DNA of 64,000 bases from Candidatus Latescibacterota bacterium (GCA_965205975.1 OZ242195.1:1664001-1728000), one strand, 5' to 3'. Shown: positions 9,950-20,329, counted from the stretch's first letter. A program made the numbers and translations. Notes: generated from the sequence alone by a model not told the origin.

Positions 9950-11908
9950 ATGGCAGAACAATTCAAACAACTCTCAGAAACAACGCCCGTGCGAGCGGTG
10001 ACAACGCGGTCGGTAATTGCATCGGTAGTGGTGATTACTGCAAGCGTGTTGTGGAACGAGTGGATGCCGTACTATACGTCGGGATCGAATATCAGCCGCA
10101 GCCATTTCCCCATGGCGTTTTTCTTCCCATTTTTGATCGCGTGTACTCTCAACCTGACATTGAATCACTTGCGAGCGGGATGGGGGCTTTCGCGTTCGGA
10201 ATTGCTGGTGGTTCTGGGATCGGGTTTTGTGGGAATCGCGCTGGCTTACGACGGGTTGACCGGCCACTTCTTCGGCGTTCTGGCAGCCCCTTATTATTTC
10301 GCATCTGTGGAAAATGGATGGGGTTTTATACACAACACCATCCCCACATGGCTCGCGCCGTCGAATGCCACTGGCGAAATGACGCGGTTTTTTGAAGGCG
10401 GAGGCGGATCTCCCCCGTGGCGCGTATGGGCAGTACCCGTTTTCTGGTGGATGTGCTTTTTCGGCGCAATGGGCTTTGGGGTATTTTGCCTGGTCGTAAT
10501 TTTGCGAAAGCAATGGGTGGATTACGAGCGCTTGGCTTATCCACTTGTCGAAGTCGCACAATCTCTGGCAGAAACAGAGAAAGGCGGCGGACTGGAGAAA
10601 ACATTTCGCTCTCCCCTATTCTGGATCGCATTCTCCCTCGTCATGCTCTTGAAATTGTGGAATATCGCGTCTTATTTCACCCCGGCATTTCCACATATAG
10701 ACATTGAACAAACACAGTGGCAACCGATTCCCGATTTTCCCTGGATGGTAAATCGCCTGAGTTTTTACGCCATTGGATTCGGGTATTTTGCGCGCCTGGA
10801 CGTTCTGTTCAGCGTGTGGTTCTTCATTATTTTGACCGCGTTTCAGGTATATGTATTCAATATCTTTGGGTACCAAATCGGCGCAGCAACCCACCACTGG
10901 ACAAGCGATGCCCTGGGCTGGCAGAGCATGGGCGCATTGATCTTTTTGTCTGCCTGGGGATTGTGGATGGCGCGAGCGCACTTGAAAGCCGTGGTGCGAA
11001 AAGCCCTATATCCCAACTGCGAGGTGGATGATAGCGGCGAGTTATTGTCCTATCGCATGGCAGTATTCGGCTTATTGGGCGCATTTGCATTTGTCTCGGC
11101 CTGGCTATATACGGCGGGCATGCCCTTGTGGGTGGTATTCTGCTTTCTCATTTTGGCGATGTTGTTATTTTTGGGCCTTGCCCGCGCCATTGCGGAATTG
11201 GGATTGGTCTATGTGTATTATCGCATTCAGCCCCACGATGCCGTGGTGCAGGCATTTGGCTCGAATATGGTAGGGCTTTCCGGTGTGGTGGTGCTCGGAT
11301 TTATGCATGTATTTAATCAGTGGCCCGATATTGGCAAAGGATTTTTAATGCCGCCGTTTACGCAGGCGGTAAAAGCGGTGGATAAGGTCGTCAGTCCGCG
11401 GCGAATTACACCCGTGCTGTGGCTGGCACTCGCACTGGGTTTCACCATTTCAATAGTGGATACCCTGTATTTGAGTTATGAATACGGAGCCTATAATCTG
11501 GGCAACATGGGGATGAAGAAGACGGGACCCGTGGCGTTTGATTTCGTAATTACAGAAATACGAAATCCCCTGGCGCCCGGCGGCAATGGCAGGGTCATGT
11601 GGGCATTTATCGGGATGGGACTGATGGCGGTTTTGACGACCGTTCGCTACTGGGTGCCGTGGTGGCCCCTGCACCCGATTGGCCTGGCCATGCAGGGGAA
11701 TTACGGCGTGAGTAAGACGGTCTTTTCGATTTTTATTGTCTGGTCAATCAAAGCGGTCGTCATGAAAATGGGCGGCGTACAATTATACGAAAAGGGAAAA
11801 CCATTTTTCATCGGCTTGCTCGCAGCACAGGCGGTCAGCACGGGCCTGGTATTTATCATAGATTGGTTCTGGTTCCCTCTGCAAGGGCATAATGTGCACA
11901 ATTTTTAG
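9950..11908 (+). CDS. DUF6785/DUF6784-type polytopic membrane protein, copy 2
   Basis: Colinear paralog of 3922..5892 with long identical peptide runs; start ATG 9950 or GTG 9941. Confidence 0.7.
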   Translation: MAEQFKQLSETTPVRAVTTRSVIASVVVITASVLWNEWMPYYTSGSNISRSHFPMAFFFPFLIACTLNLTLNHLRAGWGLSRSELLVVLGSGFVGIALAYDGLTGHFFGVLAAPYYFASVENGWGFIHNTIPTWLAPSNATGEMTRFFEGGGGSPPWRVWAVPVFWWMCFFGAMGFGVFCLVVILRKQWVDYERLAYPLVEVAQSLAETEKGGGLEKTFRSPLFWIAFSLVMLLKLWNIASYFTPAFPHIDIEQTQWQPIPDFPWMVNRLSFYAIGFGYFARLDVLFSVWFFIILTAFQVYVFNIFGYQIGAATHHWTSDALGWQSMGALIFLSAWGLWMARAHLKAVVRKALYPNCEVDDSGELLSYRMAVFGLLGAFAFVSAWLYTAGMPLWVVFCFLILAMLLFLGLARAIAELGLVYVYYRIQPHDAVVQAFGSNMVGLSGVVVLGFMHVFNQWPDIGKGFLMPPFTQAVKAVDKVVSPRRITPVLWLALALGFTISIVDTLYLSYEYGAYNLGNMGMKKTGPVAFDFVITEIRNPLAPGGNGRVMWAFIGMGLMAVLTTVRYWVPWWPLHPIGLAMQGNYGVSKTVFSIFIVWSIKAVVMKMGGVQLYEKGKPFFIGLLAAQAVSTGLVFIIDWFWFPLQGHNVHNF

Positions 11909-11925
11909 AAAATGCCCGCACCGCC

Positions 11926-14448
11926 CTATAGCCACTCGTCCATCCCCGCGTCTTGCAGAGCACCCAACAAATGGGGCACGCCAAAAAACAGCAGACTCAA
12001 GTACATAGGGCTCATGCCCACTGCGCCGCGCCTTTTGGGATCGTCGCTCCAATCCTGCGATTCGGCCAGGCGGCGTAGCAGTTGTCGCCCCACCTCCAAA
12101 TAGCCCCGCTCGCCTGTCAGCCTGTACGCATAGCTCAGGTGGCGACACAGCACCCCGCCGTAGCGCTGCTTCCATGCCATTTCGGGATCGAAAACGCCAG
12201 GCCCACCGCAAAACCAATCCACAGCCCGCAGATAACACTTTGCCACATCGGTCCGGCCGGTCAGCCGGTGCAGCAATTCGAGACCGATCATTAAATAATG
12301 AGTCTGGTAGCCCTTTTGGTCGGCGTAGGACAGCACTTGCTTGCCCGCGGCAGAAGCCCCGCCCAGAGCCTTGTGCTCAGCCGGGGTAAAAGGTGCTGCG
12401 GTACCCATTTCCACGGCCAGGGTCGTGCCTTCGGTGGCCATGCCGTAGGGCGCCTGGTCCGGCAGCCGATCGGGGGTGGAAACCTGAAAGCGCTTGTGCC
12501 AACTGCCGTCGTCGTTCTGACCCCGGGCGATGACCTGAAAAATTTCTTCGGCGCGCTGTTTGAAACGCGCTTTGCCCGTTAGTTCCCACAAGTACAGCAG
12601 GCCGCGCAAGGTGTTGGCAATGCTGCGCAAACTAAAGGAGAAACGGGGATCTTCGCTCCAGCGATAGCGCAGAAAAAATTCGCCAGCTTCCCCGAGTACC
12701 TCCAATGTCCGGTGGTCGCCCGTCAAGTAGTAATAGTCGATCCAGTTGTCGATAAAGGTGTGCGAAGCGCAAGGCTCGTCGCCAAAGTGGTCGATGCTGT
12801 GCCGGAAACAACCGCCGACCCAATACGACCTGAGCGGGTGGTAGTGGCAGGTATCGACATCCATCGAGTGCCGGGTCATGGCCTCACCGAGACGGAACCA
12901 ACGCCCTGACCCGCTGCGCAAATACTGGATCCACACCCCGTGGCGCGGGTCCCACTCGCTGTTGCACCAGCCCCACCGCCCCCGGAAGCGCCAGTCGCCG
13001 GTCGATTCCTCCCATGCTACGAGCACATCACCCCAGTCAAAAAAACCGCGCCAGCGGTTGACTTCAATGCTGCGCGCCATCCACTCGAGAAAGCCGTCGA
13101 GCATGCGCTCGGAATGCGGGAAGGCATCTACCGCACGGACCGCAAAGCCGCCAGTAACCTGGCAGTGAGCCATCCAGCCAGGATCAACCGCGACGTGTGG
13201 CCAATCGAGCAAAGCCGTCAGCCGTTGGGGGGCTTCTTCGCTGGTATTGCGTTGGAAATAATCGATGAAAAATTCCGAAGTTTTAGCCGTGCCCAGGCCA
13301 TCGCTGTACACGCCTTCTCCCTCGTGCCAGGCCACTTCCTCGGCATAGCGCCTGAAATGCAGTCGCCCACCGTCCGGATCTTTCCACAAAAAGACGTCGA
13401 TTCCCCCTCGATCCACACCTATGGCTTTGGGGTATTCCTCAGCCATATAGCGCAACGCCACCCCAACCCCGGCTTCCTCGCCCTCCAACACGGCCCACCC
13501 ACTGGCCCGTTCGCCTTCTGCCATCCTCTCTGAGCGTCCGCCGCGCCGCCGTTCCAGGCGGAAGTGGCGATCCTGACGCTGGGCCAAAAGCAGGCCTTCG
13601 TCCTCACCCAAAACACCTTCCATCCATCGTTTTCCACCCAGCCGGTAGCGCCGTTTTCCCTCCCACGCCACGGGAATCCGCACAGCCAATTCCCGCAATT
13701 CGGTCTGATTTGGATCGCAGGCCACCACTACGGTGTGCAGGACTCGCAAAAAGGCGTGACCGGCAAAGGCGTATATCCGCGTCACGAAACGAAAGGGTTG
13801 GTAGCCGACGTAGTGGTGCATGGGTGCCTCGGATTCCAGGGCGCCTTCGCAGCGGATCACCGCCCGCAAAGGCCCGGATTCTTCCACCTGGACTCGGTAC
13901 GCACTTTCCCCCAGCGATGCCCGGCACATCCCGCCCATGCCGTAAATTCGCCGCTGGGTCTCCCCGACTTCAAAAGCCTCGCAAATATCGGCCCAACTGT
14001 CACCGCCTTGCGAACTCACAGCGACTTCTTCGACAAAACCATCGGCCTCCTGCCTCCCCAATGATACCGCGTGTATCAATCCATAGCATCGCCGACTCAC
14101 GGCAAAGCGCAGGGGGCCGGTACACACGACAATGCGCTCGTCGCTCTCGCTTATTTGCAGTCGATTCGCTGGAACAGCGCGAGGGGCTTCACCGGCATAA
14201 CACAAGTGGTAAACCGCCGATCCGACCACGTCGGCTTGAAAATCGACCAGGACCCACTTGATACTGCCGTCGGGCCAGTGACTCAGGGAACGACTTTGCA
14301 GGGGTACAGACCGTCCCCGAGCATCCTCTAACCACAAATCGGCGCATTCGGCTACATCCCCTTGTGGCAGGGGCACGCCCCGGGTCACAGGCCACGCGCG
14401 GCGTTCGATCCCGCTCTCTTCCTGGACAGTCAATGCTATACGTTGCAT
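11926..14448 (-). CDS. YetA/PcRGLX-like exo-rhamnogalacturonan lyase family protein
   Basis: N-terminal PVTRGVPLPQG...HWPDGSIKWVLVDFQ; WRGFFDWGD, WCNSE, RHSMDVD motifs; ATG at 14448 after GGAGG. Confidence 0.75.
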   Translation of the reverse strand: MQRIALTVQEESGIERRAWPVTRGVPLPQGDVAECADLWLEDARGRSVPLQSRSLSHWPDGSIKWVLVDFQADVVGSAVYHLCYAGEAPRAVPANRLQISESDERIVVCTGPLRFAVSRRCYGLIHAVSLGRQEADGFVEEVAVSSQGGDSWADICEAFEVGETQRRIYGMGGMCRASLGESAYRVQVEESGPLRAVIRCEGALESEAPMHHYVGYQPFRFVTRIYAFAGHAFLRVLHTVVVACDPNQTELRELAVRIPVAWEGKRRYRLGGKRWMEGVLGEDEGLLLAQRQDRHFRLERRRGGRSERMAEGERASGWAVLEGEEAGVGVALRYMAEEYPKAIGVDRGGIDVFLWKDPDGGRLHFRRYAEEVAWHEGEGVYSDGLGTAKTSEFFIDYFQRNTSEEAPQRLTALLDWPHVAVDPGWMAHCQVTGGFAVRAVDAFPHSERMLDGFLEWMARSIEVNRWRGFFDWGDVLVAWEESTGDWRFRGRWGWCNSEWDPRHGVWIQYLRSGSGRWFRLGEAMTRHSMDVDTCHYHPLRSYWVGGCFRHSIDHFGDEPCASHTFIDNWIDYYYLTGDHRTLEVLGEAGEFFLRYRWSEDPRFSFSLRSIANTLRGLLYLWELTGKARFKQRAEEIFQVIARGQNDDGSWHKRFQVSTPDRLPDQAPYGMATEGTTLAVEMGTAAPFTPAEHKALGGASAAGKQVLSYADQKGYQTHYLMIGLELLHRLTGRTDVAKCYLRAVDWFCGGPGVFDPEMAWKQRYGGVLCRHLSYAYRLTGERGYLEVGRQLLRRLAESQDWSDDPKRRGAVGMSPMYLSLLFFGVPHLLGALQDAGMDEWL

Positions 14449-14566
14449 ATCTTCCTCCGCTTGTGAACACACTGGATATTTTAAAACAGCTACTCAAAAA
14501 ATGCCAACATTTTACGCACTGCATTTGGACAAATTGACAATGCACAAACGCAAACCTTTCTTGTAC

Positions 14567-14595
14567 TTGACTCACAGCCCAAAAGCTGGTATTGT
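14567..14595 (+). promoter_or_regulatory. Sigma70-type promoter for the heme o synthase gene
   Basis: TTGACT-17 bp-TATTGT with extended TG. Confidence 0.55.
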
Positions 14596-14654
14596 TATGG
14601 CTTCTGAAAATAAGTGGTGCTTTTGATCAAACCCTTTTTTTGAGAATATCCTTT

Positions 14655-15536
14655 ATGAACGCCGAACTGGTACATGCAAAAACATTTGTGAATGACTTAT
14701 TTGTTTTAATTAAATTTCGGATTGGACTAATGGTCGTGTTCAGCACTTCTGTGGGATATGTGCTGGGCATGGGATATGTCCCCGATCCAATTCACATCTT
14801 CCATGTGCTATTCGCCACATTTTTGACCACTTCTGGCACAGGTGTTTTGAACCAGTTTATGGAGCGCGAGCGCGATGCGAGAATGGGACGCACGGCTGAC
14901 CGACCCCTGCCTGCGGGACGCATTGCGCCAGAATTGGCCTGTTGGTTCGGGCTAATTTTAAGTGGTATGGGCATTGTCTATCTGGGAGTACTCGTCAATG
15001 TTTTGACCGCGCTGATGGGCTTATTAACCGTAGTGATATATTTGCTTCTCTATACGCCCTTAAAGCCCAAAACACCGCACAATACAGCTATTGGGGCCAT
15101 CGCTGGTGCACTCCCGCCAGTGGGTGGATGGACCGCAGCAACAGGCGTTTTGAGTGGCGAAGCACTGGCACTGTTTGGCATTTTGTTTTTGTGGCAATTT
15201 CCCCATTTTTTGTCTATTGCCTGGCTTCACCGAGAAGATTACGCACGAGGTGGGTTTCGCATGCTGCCCATAGAAGACCCACAAGGCCATAGAACCGCCC
15301 ATCAAGTGGTGCTTTATACCCTGGTCTTGTTGTCGTGCAGCCTGATGCCAGCGCTATTGGGTATGGCTGGTGTGGCGTATTTTGGGGTTGCCGTATTACT
15401 CGGCCTTGGCCTGTTGTACGCCAGTTTGACCTTCGCGCAGTCGCGCACAGATATGCAAGCACGCCGCCTGATGCGGGCAACGCTCATATATCTGCCGGTG
15501 TTGTGGACAGTAATGATGTTGGACAAAATTGCGTAA
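14655..15536 (+). CDS. cyoE: Protoheme IX farnesyltransferase (heme o synthase)
   Basis: NQFMERERDARMGRTADRPLPAGRI, YTPLK, GAIAGALPP, WQFPHF, EDYARGG motifs. Confidence 0.93.
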   Translation: MNAELVHAKTFVNDLFVLIKFRIGLMVVFSTSVGYVLGMGYVPDPIHIFHVLFATFLTTSGTGVLNQFMERERDARMGRTADRPLPAGRIAPELACWFGLILSGMGIVYLGVLVNVLTALMGLLTVVIYLLLYTPLKPKTPHNTAIGAIAGALPPVGGWTAATGVLSGEALALFGILFLWQFPHFLSIAWLHREDYARGGFRMLPIEDPQGHRTAHQVVLYTLVLLSCSLMPALLGMAGVAYFGVAVLLGLGLLYASLTFAQSRTDMQARRLMRATLIYLPVLWTVMMLDKIA

Positions 15537-15569
15537 CAAAAAAATGTGTATCCGACCTGAAAAAAACAG

Positions 15570-15600
15570 GAGGTGATAGGCTGACCTATCACCTCTCTTT
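15570..15600 (+). terminator. Stem-loop between cyoE and the ABC ATPase gene (terminator/attenuator-like)
   Basis: gaggtgatagg-ctga-cctatcacctc, 11-bp perfect stem followed by tcttt. Confidence 0.55.
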
Positions 15601-15620
15601 GTATGTGCAGGAGCGGTCAA

Positions 15621-16538
15621 GTGCAAGCAGCAATATATGTCGAAAATGTAAGCCACAAATTTGGCGAGCGCATTGCCTTAGATGACATTACGTTACAGGT
15701 AATGCCCGGAGAAATGTACGGCCTTTTAGGCCCAAATGGCAGTGGAAAAACCACCTTATTCCGCATGTTGTGTACGATGCTGCCCCCCGATCAGGGCAGG
15801 ATTTGCCTGCTGGATAAAAACGCCGGTGCTGTACGCGCACACATAGGGGTGGTTTTTCAGCATCCCAGCTTGGACGCGCGTTTGACCGTACTGGAAAATC
15901 TGCGCCATCAAGGTCATCTCTACGGTTTGAAAGGCCGCCCGCTCTCGCAACGCATCGAAGAAGTACTGGACATGATGACTCTCACAGACCGCGCAAAAGA
16001 CCGGGTGGAAGTACTATCTGGCGGATTACAGCGACGCGTTGAACTGTGCAAAAGTTTGTTGCACCACCCAGAAGTATTGATCTTTGATGAACCCTGCACC
16101 GGGCTTGATCCCGGCGCACGCCGAAGGTTTTGGGATGATCTGGATATTTTGCGGCGAACCTACGGCACGACACTCGTGCTCACAACCCATTTTATGGAAG
16201 AGGCCGAGCGCTGTGATCGCATTGGCATTTTAGATCGCGGACGGCTAATTGCCGAAGGCTCGCCCGAGGAATTGAAGCGTACAGTGGGACGCGAGGTGAT
16301 CACCCTCGAGACGCGTGATCCCAAAGGCTTGCAATTGCAAATCGAAAAAATTGTACGCCGCGATATCCAGATAATTGACGGACAGGTGCGTATTGCCTGC
16401 GATGATGGGCAAAGGCTGTTGGCACAGTTGTATCCCCTTCTGCGAGAAGAGGTTCAAGCCATGACCTTGAGTGTCCCCACACTTGAGGATGTTTTTGTGC
16501 AGCGAACAGGACACGGATTTCAAGTGGAGGATCTATAG
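15621..16538 (+). CDS. ABC exporter ATP-binding protein (DrrA/NodI-like)
   Basis: Walker A GPNGSGKT, LSGG, IFDEP; GTG start after AGGAG. Confidence 0.92.
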   Translation: MQAAIYVENVSHKFGERIALDDITLQVMPGEMYGLLGPNGSGKTTLFRMLCTMLPPDQGRICLLDKNAGAVRAHIGVVFQHPSLDARLTVLENLRHQGHLYGLKGRPLSQRIEEVLDMMTLTDRAKDRVEVLSGGLQRRVELCKSLLHHPEVLIFDEPCTGLDPGARRRFWDDLDILRRTYGTTLVLTTHFMEEAERCDRIGILDRGRLIAEGSPEELKRTVGREVITLETRDPKGLQLQIEKIVRRDIQIIDGQVRIACDDGQRLLAQLYPLLREEVQAMTLSVPTLEDVFVQRTGHGFQVEDL

Positions 16539-17308
16539 TGCGAATGGCTTTCTGGTTGCCTGTCGTGTCGCTGTGGCGGCGCGAGTTGGTGCGCTTTGCT
16601 CGAGACCGCAATCGATTATTCGGTGCAATAGGCCAGCCTCTCGTGTTCTGGTTGCTATTGGGCGCTGGTTTTGAAAAGTCTTTCGCATCCCAGGGAATTG
16701 CCAGTGGATATCTGGAATATATTTATCCGGGAATATTGTTGCTGATTCTATTATTTACAGCGATCTTTTCAACCATTTCTGTAATTGAAGACCGGCGCGA
16801 AGGATTTATGCAATCGGTGCTGGTCGCACCTGTATCGCGGATCGGATTGGTTCTCGGCAAGGTCCTGGGCGGGGGAACCCTGGCATTTTTGGAAAGCCTG
16901 ATATTTCTGGTATTTTTGGTATTTTTGGATATTCCCATCAGCATTGCGTCTTTGGGCCTGACCCTCATTTTTTTAGCTGTAATGGGCATTGCCCTCACAG
17001 CTTTGGGATTTGCGATAGCCTGGCAGGCTTCATCTACTGCAGGATTTCACGCGGTAATGAATTTGCTTTTATTCCCTATGTGGGTACTATCCGGCGCGTT
17101 TTTTCCCGCAGAAGGCGCGGCGCGTTGGCTGGCATATCTGATGGCAATAAATCCATTGACTTATGGTATGGATGGTTTGCGCCAATCTCTTTATCTAACA
17201 ACATCCGGTACTAATACCCATTTGTGGTTTTGTGTTATAATAAGTGTGGCATTTGCAGCCCTGACCCTCAGTGCAGCCGTATGGCAGGTATATCGGAAAG
17301 AGAAATAA
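16538..17308 (+). CDS. ABC-2 type exporter permease
   Basis: About 6 TM; EDRREGF..VLVAP, LSGAFFP, NPLTY motifs; overlaps ATPase stop. Confidence 0.9.
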   Translation: MRMAFWLPVVSLWRRELVRFARDRNRLFGAIGQPLVFWLLLGAGFEKSFASQGIASGYLEYIYPGILLLILLFTAIFSTISVIEDRREGFMQSVLVAPVSRIGLVLGKVLGGGTLAFLESLIFLVFLVFLDIPISIASLGLTLIFLAVMGIALTALGFAIAWQASSTAGFHAVMNLLLFPMWVLSGAFFPAEGAARWLAYLMAINPLTYGMDGLRQSLYLTTSGTNTHLWFCVIISVAFAALTLSAAVWQVYRKEK

Positions 17309-17406
17309 GTGAAGACTGGGGAACTTCACAAATTTCTGGAACAGATGCTTTATTTAGTTGTTGGATATTGTATTGACAAAATGAATCCTTTGCGTATGGT
17401 CTTGCC

Positions 17407-18141
17407 ATGCAGAAACTAACGCATCTATTATTTTTTACCTGTGTCTGTATGTCCTGCCTTGGTGGCTGTAGCTTACTCGACCGTCAACAAGGTCCCAAAT
17501 TGCTGGATTTGCGTACAGATCGCGGGTCTGACCCATCGGTGGGGCGCGGGCAGGAAGTGCAAATTACCATCGTGACGGATGATCCAGACAATGACGAGTT
17601 GGATTTTCGCTGGATTGCGACCGGAGGCGAATTTGAAGCCAGCCGTGCGGATACACTGATTGATCTGTTTCAAGATTCGGTAACAGTTGTATGGAAAGCA
17701 CCCATTGAACCCGGCGTTTATGAGTTATTTTTAGAATTGGGTGACGGCCAATCTGAGACACTGGTGACCTCAGGGATGCGTATTGCCGTAACACAAGCCC
17801 CTCCCATTGCTGTTGTCGGTCCAGATCGGGAATTGGATTTCCGCGATGAGTTGCGCGTGGTTTTAGATGGCACTGGTAGTTCGGATCCAGATCAAGATGC
17901 ACTGATGTATTTTTGGAAACAGACTGCCGGACCGCGTGTGGGATTGCAAAATAGCAGTGGACCATCGCCCGAGTTTCCTGTGCCTGCACCGGCGGATTAC
18001 ATTTTTGAATTGCGCGTGGCGGACTTGATACAAGGTGTGGGCGATACGAGCAATGTGGCAGTAACGCGTGTTCGCGTAACAGACCGCACTGGGCGCGTGA
18101 CCGAAACAGGCCTGGCTCGGTTATTGGAGCAAGGGCAGTAA
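17407..18141 (+). CDS. Lipoprotein with Ig/PKD-like domains
   Basis: Lipobox LGGC; DPDNDELDFRW and LDGTGSSDPDQDALMYFWKQTAGP PKD-type motifs. Confidence 0.75.
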   Translation: MQKLTHLLFFTCVCMSCLGGCSLLDRQQGPKLLDLRTDRGSDPSVGRGQEVQITIVTDDPDNDELDFRWIATGGEFEASRADTLIDLFQDSVTVVWKAPIEPGVYELFLELGDGQSETLVTSGMRIAVTQAPPIAVVGPDRELDFRDELRVVLDGTGSSDPDQDALMYFWKQTAGPRVGLQNSSGPSPEFPVPAPADYIFELRVADLIQGVGDTSNVAVTRVRVTDRTGRVTETGLARLLEQGQ

Positions 18142-18169
18142 AAGAAAGTGCGAGCCTCTACATAGGGAC

Positions 18170-18201
18170 AAAAAAGAGCAGGTAATTACCTGCTCTTTTT
18201 T
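18170..18201. terminator. Bidirectional terminator
   Basis: Perfect 32-bp palindrome aaaaaagagcaggtaattacctgctctttttt between convergent genes. Confidence 0.9.
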
Positions 18202-18202
18202 A

Positions 18203-20329
18203 TTAGAACAGGCGGAGTTGATCGCGTGCGACGGGTTGGATCAAGGGAAACAGGCGGCGAAATTCGCCATCGGGAAATAGAACGCGAAAACGCTCGGCCA
18301 TATCGTGCAATCGGCGCAGCAAGTAGCCCCGATCTTCGTCGTGAGTAAAAAATTCTGCGCGGGACAGGGAGCCATCCTGACACTGGTAAACCGCGATGCG
18401 CTCGCCAATGCGACAGCCTTCGGCAGCCCTGGCAAGCCGCCTTAGATTCGGGTTGGAAAAGGTTTTTTTCGTAATGCGCTCAAACCGACAAAAATCTTCG
18501 GGATCAATCTTGCCGTCTTGCAACTTGCGTCCAAGGGATAGATATGCGCGAGAAACGGCTTCTGTGTCGCCATCGATGAGCAAGGGTGCGAGCTGTGCAA
18601 TAAATTGGCGAAAAATGCGTTCATCGCGACGGCTTCGCAGGCTACTGCCCACAAGCGATATACCGCCATCGTAATCGACGAGAATATAATTTTTTGCCTT
18701 GAGACTGATCATCCCTTTAAAGCGACCATCGTGCGAAAGATGAATGCCACGGGGCAAAGTAGCTGAAATCTCTTCAATGAGCTGTTTCTCATCAACCTCT
18801 GTTTTGACATGCGGCGGCGCGACAAAATAAGCCCCATCGGTATCCACTTCTATAATTTCCCCACCGGCATCGCGCAACTCAGATACGAGTTGGCGGGCGA
18901 TTTGCTGCCCGATTACAGTAATTTTTTCCGCGGCGTGGTAGTCATTAAAACACGCGCGTCCGTATCCCAGGTATCCGTAAAAAGAATTGATGAGAATTTT
19001 GTAGCTGCTCTGCAACCCATTCCAGTATGCGCGATCAGTTTCGTCATGCGCGCTTTGATAATTGTTTTTTGCCTCAAGGCGTCGCTGCGTGAGATGTTCG
19101 AGCATGGGCAAAAAAGCATTTTCAGTGTCAGTCGCCGGGCGGATCTGTTGGGTTAACATAATCGATGGATAAAGACTTTCCACATCGGCTTTGACCACAC
19201 GCTTAAAAATGCCCGAAGCCACGAGTCGCGTATAGCCTCCGCTAAAGCCCTTTGAGGGACGCGGTTTGGGAATGGCGAGATTGCGCCGCAGATAAAGCCC
19301 AACCATCAGGGCGTTGATTTTCTCTCCTGGCCCGCTGAGTGCGGCGTCTTGAAAGCCATAAGGCAAGATCTGTGTCTGATAAAATTCGGTGGGAACAACC
19401 ACCTCGCTCAGTGCTTTGACATCGCGCACATCGTCGAGTGCGTAGTTGATGAGACGTTGCGGATTGGTGCGCCAGGTGCGGGCAATATCTTCCCCATCGA
19501 CAAACGTGCGCCCCGCCCGTTCAAGCCCGAGTGCATGGATGACCTGCTTGAGGCCATAGCGCTCCAGCTTACCCCCGGTATCATAACGCTGCACTTGCTG
19601 TAGAGTATCGATGATATGTCGCCCGTGAACATAAGCCGGGCGAAAACCCGGGATTTGTGCCCCAACTTTGAAGACGCGCTGCCCGTTTCCCGCGCGCAAT
19701 GCCGACCCGTCTCTCCCCCATGTGAGGGCAATACCATAGTGCTGGGCGCGCGCGACGAGATAGGGCAAGTCAAACTCAAAAATATTGTGGCCTTCAATCG
19801 TATCGGGGTTGCGCGCGTCAATCACTTTGTTGAGGTTGCGAAGCAGATCTGCCTCGCTCATATCCGTAGCACTCAGCACGGTTTCAAAGCCACGCGAATC
19901 GGAAATTGAGATGAGAATGATTTGTGCATCGGGTGCCTGGGGATCAAGCGTGAGGGTCTCGATATCGAGTTGCAATCGGTGGAGATCACCGTAGCGCATG
20001 CCGCGAAATAGAGTTTGGCCCGAAAGCGTCAGATGCTGCCGCACGGGATTATTGAAGTTAAAATGCGGTATGCCATCCTGGGCGAGGCGGTCGCGTGCGT
20101 TAAGAAAATGAGACCAGTTGTGAAAGTGTATCCGCGCGCGAAATTCGCCGCCGCCTTTTAGACGCATGCAATCTGAAACCCCTGAAAAGCCAGATCGAGC
20201 GAACTCTTCGGGTGTCTCAACGAGCAACCACGGGGAAAAGGGTTGCAGGTCACAATGATCGCGCGTGTAGAGCGCCATCTGATTCCCGCCGACGAGTTCG
20301 GCAGCGAGAACACCGGGGAGATAAGCCAT
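18203..20329 (-). CDS. Family B DNA polymerase (Pol II-like) with 3'-5' exonuclease
   Basis: Exo motifs LDIET, HNIFEFD, YALDD; pol motifs DVESLYPS, KILINSFYG, EVDTDG, KNY; start uncertain (20329-20368). Confidence 0.9.
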   Translation of the reverse strand: MAYLPGVLAAELVGGNQMALYTRDHCDLQPFSPWLLVETPEEFARSGFSGVSDCMRLKGGGEFRARIHFHNWSHFLNARDRLAQDGIPHFNFNNPVRQHLTLSGQTLFRGMRYGDLHRLQLDIETLTLDPQAPDAQIILISISDSRGFETVLSATDMSEADLLRNLNKVIDARNPDTIEGHNIFEFDLPYLVARAQHYGIALTWGRDGSALRAGNGQRVFKVGAQIPGFRPAYVHGRHIIDTLQQVQRYDTGGKLERYGLKQVIHALGLERAGRTFVDGEDIARTWRTNPQRLINYALDDVRDVKALSEVVVPTEFYQTQILPYGFQDAALSGPGEKINALMVGLYLRRNLAIPKPRPSKGFSGGYTRLVASGIFKRVVKADVESLYPSIMLTQQIRPATDTENAFLPMLEHLTQRRLEAKNNYQSAHDETDRAYWNGLQSSYKILINSFYGYLGYGRACFNDYHAAEKITVIGQQIARQLVSELRDAGGEIIEVDTDGAYFVAPPHVKTEVDEKQLIEEISATLPRGIHLSHDGRFKGMISLKAKNYILVDYDGGISLVGSSLRSRRDERIFRQFIAQLAPLLIDGDTEAVSRAYLSLGRKLQDGKIDPEDFCRFERITKKTFSNPNLRRLARAAEGCRIGERIAVYQCQDGSLSRAEFFTHDEDRGYLLRRLHDMAERFRVLFPDGEFRRLFPLIQPVARDQLRLF

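Noticed and set aside
3922..11908. DUF6785 pair as a diversity-generating template/target or an assembly duplicate
   Set aside because: Both are full-length with dispersed, largely synonymous divergence; no reverse transcriptase present
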